A stretch of 24,507 nt of DNA from an uncultured Candidatus Saccharibacteria bacterium (GTDB taxonomy: Bacteria > Patescibacteriota > Andersenbacteria > UBA10190), in the NCBI GenBank assembly GCA_964610675.1, contig CAZSWB010000001.1, forward strand, positions 1 to 24,507. Reading direction: 5' to 3'. Below the pieces are notes generated by a model that did not search any database, was not told the origin of the DNA, and worked only from the letters and a program-made list of their open reading frames with translations. Below are positions 16,499 through 24,507 of this stretch, piece after piece (the stretch's first letter is position 1; each line of letters starts with the position of its first letter). The position numbers and the translations under genes were made by a program.

Positions 16499-17591
16499 AG
16501 CACGATCGTTATCGGCAAAGGGCGGCGGGATTAAGACATACACTCATCAATTGATTGCCAACATGCTCATGGCGCATGAGGATGTAGACATAATGTACAG
16601 TTCCAAAAACGCAGTGGGCTCGTTTCCGAATGCGCAAGAAACGCTGATTCCGCTTGCGAGTGAGATACTTCTGCCGTACTGGCTGTCCGTGCCGGTGGCA
16701 AACCATGTACGGAAAACAAAACCGTCTGTGGCGCATTACACGAAGGCTGCGATTCCGTACAAAAGCGTTGTGCCTACGGTGGTTACCATCTATGATATTA
16801 TCCCCGTTCTGCTTCCGGAGACGCAATCGATTCTTCGCCGTGCGTACTGGCCTTCGGTGTTACGGCACGCTGCAAATCACGCAGACCACATTATGACAAT
16901 TTCCGAGTGCAGCAAACTCGATATTATCGAGCACTTTGGCGTTCGGGAGGAGAATATTACGGTTACGGAACTTGCGATCGACGCAACTCATTTTCATCCC
17001 GTTGATTCAAAAAACACAATGCACCCGTATATTTTGTTTGTCGGCACGCGCGATGCAAGGAAAAATATTTCTTCGCTCATTCGAGCGTTTGCACGAATTG
17101 CCGATACAATTCCGCATAATCTTGTCATTGCCGGAAAGCAAGCGGACAAACGAGATAATTCCATGGAAACCGCTGCGTCTTTGGGCTTGCAAAATCGTAT
17201 TGAGTTTCGGGATTTTGTCCCGTATGGGGAATTGCCACAGCTGTACTCCGATGCTGATTTATTTGTGTGGCCATCCATATATGAAGGATGGGGATTCCCT
17301 CCCCAAGAAGCCATGGCTTGCGGCACGCCCGTGATTGTAAGTAACGGAGGGTCTCTCCCGGAAGTAGTCGGCGACGCGGGGATCGTTGTTCCTTTCGCGG
17401 AAACGAATTTGCATAGGCGCATGGAAGATGAAGCATTTACCCGTTCGTTATCTAAGCAGATGCTGAGCGTATTGCAAGACACTGTCCTGCAACAGCGTCT
17501 TCGAGAGCATGGGCTTCTTAGAGCAACACTGTTTTCGTGGAAACATGTTGCGGAAAAAACGTGGTCGGTATATGAAAAACTAGTAGTATGA
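16482..17591 (+). CDS. Glycosyltransferase family 4, MtfB-like subfamily
   Basis: Start reassigned to ATG 16482 (MNIAIEARSL..GGGIKTY). Motifs VVTIYDIIP, LFVGTRDARKN, YEGWGFPPQEAMACGTPV, SLPEVVGDAG. Confidence 0.92.
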   Translation: MNIAIEARSLSAKGGGIKTYTHQLIANMLMAHEDVDIMYSSKNAVGSFPNAQETLIPLASEILLPYWLSVPVANHVRKTKPSVAHYTKAAIPYKSVVPTVVTIYDIIPVLLPETQSILRRAYWPSVLRHAANHADHIMTISECSKLDIIEHFGVREENITVTELAIDATHFHPVDSKNTMHPYILFVGTRDARKNISSLIRAFARIADTIPHNLVIAGKQADKRDNSMETAASLGLQNRIEFRDFVPYGELPQLYSDADLFVWPSIYEGWGFPPQEAMACGTPVIVSNGGSLPEVVGDAGIVVPFAETNLHRRMEDEAFTRSLSKQMLSVLQDTVLQQRLREHGLLRATLFSWKHVAEKTWSVYEKLVV

Positions 17592-18736
17592 AAAAGCACA
17601 TCGCATTGGTCACGAATGCAGGAGAACACTCCGGGGTAGGATCCCGAGCGTTCCACCTTGCCCACGCAATTGGGGAGCAGGACGATCTTCAGGTATCACT
17701 TGTGATGTTGGACGGAAAGAATAACGGGATCGTGCAATATACGTCTCGTGTCGTGCCGATAGAGGGGAAACATAAGCACCTTACAGCACTCCCGGGCTTC
17801 TTAGGCTCAAAAAGCATATCGTGGATACGGCTTGCAAAGCATATTCCCGTATTCGATCTGTATGACATTTCAAATCAAACCCTTTCCTTCATTGCAAAAA
17901 AGCGACATCCGAATATAGTCACCGTACATGATATTATCGAACTCACAAATCCTCAAGAAAGAAAAGCAAGGATGCTGAACCGGTATTTCATGAGCGGCAT
18001 ACCATCTGCCGACCGCATTGTTGCCGTATCGGAATATACGAAGCGACAGCTACTCGAACACTTCCGGATGGATAATAAAAATATTACGGTCATTCCGTAC
18101 GGAATAGATGCTGCATATCACGAGATACCAAATTTTCGTTCTACGATAGCGTACCGGGAGTTGCTGCAAACATTCAAGGTACGGGAGGGTTCCGATGGCA
18201 ATTCTCCCATCATTCTCGTTGTGGGATCTGAGCATCCGAGAAAGAATATGCAAACAGTTCTTGCCACGATGGAGCAGCTCAAGAAACAATTCCCGAATAT
18301 TCTTCTCATAAAAGTGGGGGATGCTGGATTGCTTTCCGGGAGACAAAAAACGTTGGATTTCATCGAGAAATTCGACCTTGCCGCACACGTAAAACTCGTT
18401 GGAAATATCTCGTCAGAGAGGCTCAACGAGCTGTATAATCTGGCAGACGTACTGCTCTTCCCCTCCTATCTGGAGGGGTTCGGAATGCCACCCTTGGAAG
18501 CTATGGCAGCCGGATGTCCGGTTATATGTTCAAACGCCGCTTCTCTTCCGGAAGTCGTTGGCGACGGCGCGCTCATGCACGATCCGGATGATGTGCAGGC
18601 GTTTGCGGATAGTATTGTGCGTATTGTCAGTGACCCTGCTACGAAACAATTACTCGTGGAAAAAGGAAAAGAGAACGCGGCACGATACAGCTGGAACAAA
18701 GCTGCCCAGCAAACCCTGACCCTTTATCGCACCTGA
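17588..18736 (+). CDS. Glycosyltransferase family 4, MtfB-like subfamily
   Basis: VTVHDII, VGSEHPRKN, LEGFGMPPLEAMAAGCPV, SLPEVVGDG. Confidence 0.92.
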   Translation: MKKHIALVTNAGEHSGVGSRAFHLAHAIGEQDDLQVSLVMLDGKNNGIVQYTSRVVPIEGKHKHLTALPGFLGSKSISWIRLAKHIPVFDLYDISNQTLSFIAKKRHPNIVTVHDIIELTNPQERKARMLNRYFMSGIPSADRIVAVSEYTKRQLLEHFRMDNKNITVIPYGIDAAYHEIPNFRSTIAYRELLQTFKVREGSDGNSPIILVVGSEHPRKNMQTVLATMEQLKKQFPNILLIKVGDAGLLSGRQKTLDFIEKFDLAAHVKLVGNISSERLNELYNLADVLLFPSYLEGFGMPPLEAMAAGCPVICSNAASLPEVVGDGALMHDPDDVQAFADSIVRIVSDPATKQLLVEKGKENAARYSWNKAAQQTLTLYRT

Positions 18737-20982
18737 AACAGGTCTTTACGAACGAGAACTATCAAAAGAAGCGTAAGAGTTGTAATAATGAGGCCAAGCA
18801 CCATGCCGGGAGGGATATATTGCACAGTAGCCGTCGCTTTCCCCGCAGGAACGTGAATCGTGAGCCTGTTCTTTGTACGATCAATCGCTCCGTGACTGGT
18901 GCGCCATCCCTGAGCATAATTCGAATTTACTTTGATATCCGTATCGCTTGTTGCGGTATATGAAAAAATGAAGGCATTCGGCGACCAGGAAAGGAGCGAA
19001 GTTCGTGCATCTGATTGGAGATATGCGGGAGGTTCATCCTGATTCACAGCTACCTCAATGGCTGATTTTGGTCCGATGACGGAACAAAACGATGCAGTTC
19101 CATACCCTTTTAATACTGCTCCGTATGTACGTGGAATATCGTTTCCCTGATGACGGGTTTCGAATGTATCGGAAATGTGAGTAATGGGAGATCGAAACGG
19201 ATACTCGATTTCGGTCGCAGGAGAAACAACAAAGCCTTGAGCGGCAATGGGATACGTAATACTTAAAAGATCTATACTGATGAAGCTTACTACAATAACA
19301 GGGATGAAGTGGAGATGAGAAGGGAAAATCGAAATCAGACGCTTCATCCCAAAACCTGCCAACAGTCCGGCGGACAGAAGCGTATACAGGACCAAGCGAG
19401 AAATATTGGAACGGGGTAAAAAAGACATGCTTTGGAGTAGGGGTTCAAATAGCGGGCCGAGGGAAGAGAGGAAAAGGGTGCCGAGCAAACCGATTGTAAG
19501 AAATCTGACGACTCGTGAAGATTGCACGAAAGAGATTCCAACCAATACGAGCGCGAATACACCGTACCCCACATATGCGCCGTATTCATGCCACCGGCTC
19601 AGTTGGTTGGATAGTACATATGAATCGTGCAGGTATCTGCCGAAGAAAATATCCCAGATACGCGAAAGCGTATACGCTGATCCTACAAACGCTTGATCAG
19701 GAAATTCTTTGACCCAGAATAGAGCCGGAATCAGTTGAAAGCCGGACAAACCAATCATCCACGCGACGGCATACAGCGTAATTTGGACTGCTCGCCAGCG
19801 CTTGTGAGCAAGGAGAGACAATGCGCCAAGCGAAACCATGGTGTAGCTGACTATATATATTCCCCCTTGAAGGACAGCGAGTGCAAGAAAGACTCCGGAT
19901 AACAGCGTCCATTGATGGTACAACGTCCTGTATGCCCTCTGCCATGCCCAGAAGACCCAAGGAACCCACATGTACGCAAAAATGATCGTGGTGTGTCCTT
20001 CCGTTGCTTTCAGCATGAGTGCGGTGGAAAACAGTACCGTAAGCGTTGCTATGAGCGATGAAAACGGATCAAGCAAAAGAGATTTCGCGAGCAGGAGTAT
20101 ACCCATGCCTCCGATTACGAAACTCAGCGTAAGGGCAATCCCCGTACCGTCTTCCACCCCGAATAGATATTGGAGCGCGAACGAAGGAGTGATGACCGCA
20201 AATTCAGGATCGCCCAACCCCGCGGTTCCGCCGCATATATACGGATTCCAAAGAGGAAATTGATTATGTTCTTTTATGGTGCTTTGATAAATATGCGAGA
20301 GAGAATATCGATAATCCCAATCGTAAATACCCCAATTCCCGGAACGATCCAAATAGGGAACTGTTGCCAATATGGAAAACATACAAATAATAAGCGCGGC
20401 ACCGAGCCACTTCCATCTTTTTGGTACCTGCAGGAAATAGAAGAATATGAGAGTCGTGGCAAGCGCCGTCCCGATGGCAATACCCTGCTTGGCGCCATCG
20501 GATACGGGTTCTTTGTATAGCAGGGAATATACGAGGGCTCCTTTCGCAGTTGCAACAAACACGAGCGGCGGTTCTTTCCAAGGAGAAAGAACGAGAGTGA
20601 TTTCCTGTTTTTTCGGATAGTGTAGTTGTGGGAAAAAAATTTGAATTTCCGCATACCCGCCTTGTTTGTAGTACGTTCTTTGATGCAGTTTACGCGCGAG
20701 TACGGTTCCTTGTTCGTCTTCGATATGCGCACGTATCGTTGTCGCGGAAGTAGCGTCATTAGCCGCATAGAGCGCAATACCGGCAATCGACTGTTCGTCA
20801 TGCAAAAGCGCTATGCGAAGAGGTTCCTGCCGCGTACTTTCCAATGTGGTTTCCGGCGCATCAAACCCCTGCATGACCGATGGATCGTATCTGCCCGAAT
20901 GTGTCCAAAAGACACCCGCAATTACGAGTGTTGCGGCAAGCGCAACCGCTATCTGGAGGAGTTTTTGCTTTGTGTACGGCAC
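18724..20982 (-). CDS. YfhO-like polytopic membrane protein (752 aa), putative GT-C glycosyltransferase with an extra N-terminal soluble domain; GTG start
   Basis: YDWDY acidic loop, PLWNPYICGG..GDPE, many hydrophobic helices, and a YfhO-like C-terminal beta region (NSNYAQGW...VPAG..YIPPG) followed by a final helix. Confidence 0.7.
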   Translation of the reverse strand: MPYTKQKLLQIAVALAATLVIAGVFWTHSGRYDPSVMQGFDAPETTLESTRQEPLRIALLHDEQSIAGIALYAANDATSATTIRAHIEDEQGTVLARKLHQRTYYKQGGYAEIQIFFPQLHYPKKQEITLVLSPWKEPPLVFVATAKGALVYSLLYKEPVSDGAKQGIAIGTALATTLIFFYFLQVPKRWKWLGAALIICMFSILATVPYLDRSGNWGIYDWDYRYSLSHIYQSTIKEHNQFPLWNPYICGGTAGLGDPEFAVITPSFALQYLFGVEDGTGIALTLSFVIGGMGILLLAKSLLLDPFSSLIATLTVLFSTALMLKATEGHTTIIFAYMWVPWVFWAWQRAYRTLYHQWTLLSGVFLALAVLQGGIYIVSYTMVSLGALSLLAHKRWRAVQITLYAVAWMIGLSGFQLIPALFWVKEFPDQAFVGSAYTLSRIWDIFFGRYLHDSYVLSNQLSRWHEYGAYVGYGVFALVLVGISFVQSSRVVRFLTIGLLGTLFLSSLGPLFEPLLQSMSFLPRSNISRLVLYTLLSAGLLAGFGMKRLISIFPSHLHFIPVIVVSFISIDLLSITYPIAAQGFVVSPATEIEYPFRSPITHISDTFETRHQGNDIPRTYGAVLKGYGTASFCSVIGPKSAIEVAVNQDEPPAYLQSDARTSLLSWSPNAFIFSYTATSDTDIKVNSNYAQGWRTSHGAIDRTKNRLTIHVPAGKATATVQYIPPGMVLGLIITTLTLLLIVLVRKDLFQVR

Positions 20983-21007
20983 ATCAAAAGTGTATCATGA
21001 TGTCATT
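20983..21007. promoter_or_regulatory. Putative bidirectional promoter
   Basis: 25-bp gap between divergent starts. TACACT on the - strand lies 6 nt before GTG 20982; TATCAT at 20993-20998 (+) lies 9 nt before ATG 21008. Confidence 0.5.
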
Positions 21008-22237
21008 ATGATCAAGATACTCTTTATATCAGCCCAGTATCCCCCCGAGGCAAAGGGCGGAGGTGAACTGTCCACCCATTATATAGCGCAAGGGCTCAAA
21101 CGGCTTGGCCACCATGTTCAGGTGATTACCAGCGGACAAAAAGACAGCAACGGGGAGGTGGATGGTATTTCCGTTCGCACGCTTCCGCTTGGTCTTCGGG
21201 ATAAGCCGCTGTTTGAGCGAATACAGAGCAGACGGGCAGCGAATATCTTCCAAAAGAGCGTACCCGACTTGACCTCCTATGATATTATACACGCGCATGA
21301 TTTCAGAAGCGCTCTGATGCTGTCCGAGTGCAAGATACCCCATGCAGTGGTGACGGCTCGGGATTATGCGCAAATATCGGGTTGTACGAATAACATACAG
21401 AGTGATGGCAATATTATGGAAGGATGCCAAGGAATGAACGAATTCTTTCATTGCCATCGAGTTGCGGAAGCGTCGTTTGCTCGCAAGCTTTTTCGCATAT
21501 GGCAATACAAGTACAATATGCCCTACCGAAAATCTGCATTCCGCTCATTTGCACATCAGATATTCATTTCTCGCGCTCAACAGGATCTGATCGAAAAGTA
21601 CCAGGATATCTCGCATCAACACACAGCCGTCGTGTACAATCCGATTTCTCACGAATATCTGACGGAGCCCCTGAAAAAAGGGGTCGAAGGCAATGTACTT
21701 TATGCCGGAAGGGTTGAAATGTACAAAGGCGTTCTCGTGTTGCTGACCGCATGGAGGAAGGTATTACAAGACAATCCTCGTGCGCACTTAACGATTGCCG
21801 GCGATGGAGCGCAGCGAAAGGAGTACGAAGATCTTGTATCCACCTGGGGGATGCAGTACAAAGTCACGTTTGTTCCGCATGTACCGTATCACCGCCTTAA
21901 GTCCATGATAAATGATTCGGAAATTCTCGTTGCTCCTCACCTCTGGGTGGAACCGTTCGGCAGAACCATTATCGAGGGCATGGCTCGAGGGAAAATCGTC
22001 ATCGCTGCAGATGTCGGAGGGCCAGCGGATTACGTGCAAAATAATGTAACCGGGCTGTTATTCAAGCGCGGATCCGCACATGAGCTTGCGCGTACCATTG
22101 AATACGCATTGCATATGAATCATTTTGATAAAAAAGAGATGGGTGTTGCCGCGAGGGATTTTGTACGAGATCATCTGAACATGGAAAGAATCGCGAAACA
22201 GTATGAGCAATTCTATAACCAAGTACTTCGGTCGTAA
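21008..22237 (+). CDS. Glycosyltransferase family 4 with a Cys-containing insert
   Basis: Start reassigned from 20813 to ATG 21008 (MIKILFISAQYPPEAKGGGE). Motifs YAGRVEMYKG and VEPFGRTIIEGMARG. Confidence 0.92.
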   Translation: MIKILFISAQYPPEAKGGGELSTHYIAQGLKRLGHHVQVITSGQKDSNGEVDGISVRTLPLGLRDKPLFERIQSRRAANIFQKSVPDLTSYDIIHAHDFRSALMLSECKIPHAVVTARDYAQISGCTNNIQSDGNIMEGCQGMNEFFHCHRVAEASFARKLFRIWQYKYNMPYRKSAFRSFAHQIFISRAQQDLIEKYQDISHQHTAVVYNPISHEYLTEPLKKGVEGNVLYAGRVEMYKGVLVLLTAWRKVLQDNPRAHLTIAGDGAQRKEYEDLVSTWGMQYKVTFVPHVPYHRLKSMINDSEILVAPHLWVEPFGRTIIEGMARGKIVIAADVGGPADYVQNNVTGLLFKRGSAHELARTIEYALHMNHFDKKEMGVAARDFVRDHLNMERIAKQYEQFYNQVLRS

Positions 22238-22238
22238 G

Positions 22239-23302
22239 TCATTCTGCGATTTGCTTTATGCTTTCGAGAACCATTTCAACCGAAATATCCAGCATCGTTT
22301 GATGCGGATCCTTCCCCAGCGGAACGTTTAGCTCCGTGTTGTACACGGGCACCGTATGAGGTGCTCGCACCACCAAACTCTTTTTTCCTCTTGGACCCGT
22401 GAGCGCTTCATCAATGCCGCTCCGATGTGCATTAGACCGGAATCATTTGATACGACCAAGCGGCAGTGCTCCATAACGGCGGCAGACGTGAGAAGGGAGG
22501 CGGAAACGGAAAAGGCGGATGACGGAGCGCTTTTGTTGATCATTTCGATAAGTTCCTGTTTTTGCCGCTCTTCGTTATTCCCGCCAAACACGAGGATTCC
22601 GGTATTCGGATATGTGTTCATGAGCGCCAGGGCAACTGCCGCAAACCGATCCAATGGCCATCTCTTTATTTCAAATCCCGGGGCGGATCCGGTATGGATA
22701 CCGATGTACGATTCTCTTTTTTGCGCATCAACGCCAACACTCGAAAGAATCTCTTCTGCCTCTTGCTTGTTTTCGTCCGGAATGTGTAATGCATAAAAGG
22801 GAACGTGCGCAATAGGTACGCCAAGTGGCATTGTTAGACGGAGATTTTGCTCCATGTCATGCATGTCGGGCTCTTCGTCAACCGTATCCGTTAAGAAAAG
22901 CTTCGTGTGGGGATTGCCTCGAAACGGATAGGTATGCCCGATCCGCACGGGTATTCCCGCAACAAACAAATATGACGCACTTTTTATTAATTGTCCGGGA
23001 GAGAGCACGACGGCGATATCGAACGCATTGCTGCGTAGTAAGCGAATATTCCGTATGTGAGTCTGAAGCATTGCCATACTGCTTTGTCCGGGGGATGCGT
23101 TACTAACATTCATTTCAATAACATCGTCGATCTCAGGTTGCGCTTGCGCAAGAACCTTTGTTCCGCGAGGCGCAACCGCCACCGTGACATGCCAATTGGG
23201 ATGCGCCTTCTTTACCGCGCGTATCGCGGGAAGCTGCATAACAAGATTCCCGATACCGGAAAGTGACAGAAACAGAATTCTTTTTCTATGCAAATTCGTC
23301 AT
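22239..23302 (-). pseudogene. GT9 (heptosyltransferase-like) glycosyltransferase, frameshifted near 22412; pseudogene or assembly artefact
   Basis: Start ATG 23302 (MTNLHRKRILFLSLSGIGN). Motifs GIHTGS...KRWP and SNDSGLMHIGAAL. The frame then runs into non-homologous residues and stops at 22328, while a GT9-like tail (DEALTGPRG...MLDISVEMVLESIKQIAE*) continues in another frame from 22412 to 22239. The LFGPT motif is absent. Confidence 0.8.
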
Positions 23303-24428
23303 AGAGTGCATTAAGTTTTTGTATGGAAGTATCCCACGAGAAATTCTTTTGCGCATGAGCTTGACCGTACGAACCAAAGCGCGTTGCCATGTCAGTATTA
23401 TTACAAATCGTGGTAACTGCCTGTACAAGCTCATGATGCGTCGAAAAGAGCAATCCCGCTTTCTCGTTCGGCATTACGTACGGAATACTTGCGGCGTTGC
23501 GCGCAACAACGGGGCATGCAGCAGCCATAGCCTCCGCGAGGACAATTCCGAACGCTTCATACCGCGACGCGTGAATGAATACACAGGCATGTTGGTATGC
23601 GCCAAGGAGCTCCTCGTCAGAAACATTGCCGAGCATGTGTACGCGATGCGCAACACCCAGTTTTTCTGCAAGGGCCGATAAGTGTTTTGCGTACCCGAAA
23701 TCTTCGCCCACAATGACCAGGTTTGCATCGGGTACTGCTCGAATGATTGGAGGCAATGCCTGAATGACGTCTTGCAGCCCCTTTTCCCGCGCAATGCGCG
23801 AAACGCTCAATAAGATGGTCCCGGTAATGTTCCTTTCAACAAAGGGATTCTTTTCACTTTGGCGAAATGAAGCGGCGGGAACTCCCGGGGAAATGACCTC
23901 AAACCGTTTTACGGGCAGTTTAGATCGTTCAATCAAAGCTTTTTCATATTCCGATAACACGATGACCACGTCTGCGGCGCGAAACGTAGCTGTTCCGATC
24001 GTATGCTTGTACAGTTGCCAGATGCGTTTTCTTCGTACCCTGTTTTCGTAAAAGATCGGATGAAAGAAAAAAGGTATGTGATGCTTTTTCGCGTATCTGG
24101 CGGACGCATCCGCAGCATGATACCAGAAGCCGTAGCTTTCCAGGATGTCCGGCTGGTGATGGCCTAAGTAGTAGGTAAGTGCCTGGAGACGCGGATATGA
24201 GACGTACGGCGTTTTTTTCACGCGTAACCGTTGTACGTAGATGGGGTCTTCGAGCAGCTGCTCCGGCTTGAGCATATCGATTGGGCCGTGCGTCCGCATG
24301 GTACTGGTAAGCACTCGCACGTCTCTGTTTTTTTTGATATCTCGCGTTCGCTCTACAATATTGTGGATATATACTTCAGCTCCTCCCGACGATGGAGGGT
24401 ATCGCAACGCCGTGTGAAGAATTTTCAT
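23286..24428 (-). CDS. Glycosyltransferase family 4
   Basis: RYPPSSGGAE, SVSRIAREKG, RYEAFGIVLAEAMAA. Confidence 0.93.
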   Translation of the reverse strand: MKILHTALRYPPSSGGAEVYIHNIVERTRDIKKNRDVRVLTSTMRTHGPIDMLKPEQLLEDPIYVQRLRVKKTPYVSYPRLQALTYYLGHHQPDILESYGFWYHAADASARYAKKHHIPFFFHPIFYENRVRRKRIWQLYKHTIGTATFRAADVVIVLSEYEKALIERSKLPVKRFEVISPGVPAASFRQSEKNPFVERNITGTILLSVSRIAREKGLQDVIQALPPIIRAVPDANLVIVGEDFGYAKHLSALAEKLGVAHRVHMLGNVSDEELLGAYQHACVFIHASRYEAFGIVLAEAMAAACPVVARNAASIPYVMPNEKAGLLFSTHHELVQAVTTICNNTDMATRFGSYGQAHAQKNFSWDTSIQKLNALYDEFA

Positions 24429-24507
24429 AGCGCCAAGTATTTCTTACCCATTTCAAATTCGTAGTATGCAGAAAGAAAACTCCATACGACACCTTGCCAA
24501 CCATCCA
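24425..24507 (-). CDS. 3' end of a GT2 of the KdtX/WaaE/LgtF (beta-1,4-glucosyltransferase-like) type; truncated by the window edge and not in the supplied ORF track
   Basis: Read manually: DGWQGVVWSFLSAYYEFEMGKKYLAL*, which resembles the typical LDGxxG...AxY..K C-terminus. Its TGA forms an ATGA overlap with the GT4 start at 24428. Confidence 0.6.
   Translation of the reverse strand, partial: DGWQGVVWSFLSAYYEFEMGKKYLAL

Noticed and set aside
16994-17665. 223-aa antisense ORF and the many other 60-175 aa alternative-frame ORFs
   Set aside because: They are shadows of well-supported genes with no motifs, and are Cys/Arg/Ser-rich as expected for non-coding frames.
20813-21007. Longer ORF-track start (20813) for the GT4
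   Set aside because: It lies antisense to the YfhO-like gene. The GT-B fold begins at MIKILFIS (21008).
22292-22305. GCATC-GTTT-GATGC hairpin as a terminator between converging genes
   Set aside because: Only a 5-bp core with no U-tract, and it lies within the displaced GT9 C-terminal coding sequence.
23303-23434. Longer ORF-track start (23434) for the GT9, and likewise 16449 for the MtfB-like GT4
   Set aside because: The extensions lie inside upstream genes and precede the first conserved strand; 23302 and 16482 fit better.
24328-24335. T8 and other 7-nt homopolymers as phase-variation tracts
   Set aside because: They are short A/T runs in intact frames. No long G/C tract was seen, and the GT9 frameshift does not sit on a homopolymer.
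1-24507. CRISPR array, tRNA/rRNA, transposase/integrase, or alternative genetic code 25
   Set aside because: No periodic repeats, RNA gene signatures or recombinase motifs were seen by eye. Many genes end in TGA at expected positions, so TGA is a stop.

Overview
This window is a dense bacterial cell-surface glycosylation locus. It contains about 24 tightly packed or overlapping CDSs, and I found no rRNA, tRNA, CRISPR array or recognisable mobile element. The left end (1-4790) is a small sugar-phosphate module: a HxlB-like SIS isomerase, an RPE/AlsE-family epimerase, a stand-alone nucleotidyltransferase, a paralogous nucleotidyltransferase-kinase fusion, a TylF-like O-methyltransferase and a KdsC-like HAD phosphatase. 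After it come two more SAM methyltransferases, eight GT4 and three GT2 glycosyltransferases (one GT2 cut by the window edge), a DUF2304-like membrane protein, three large GT-C-like polytopic membrane proteins and a GT9. The GT9 is frameshifted by an apparent deletion of its LFGPT motif. TGA is used as a stop codon. The gene style (ATGA overlaps, few Shine-Dalgarno sites, 22-25 bp divergent intergenic gaps) is reminiscent of Patescibacteria/CPR, but taxonomy cannot be established from this window. The best candidate for an undescribed system is the left-hand module. It has the enzyme logic to make a nucleotide-activated rare hexose or hexulose (allulose, allose or 3-hexulose type), possibly O-methylated and transferred by two neighbouring GT4s with non-canonical catalytic motifs. 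All family calls come from motif recognition by eye; no database search was run.
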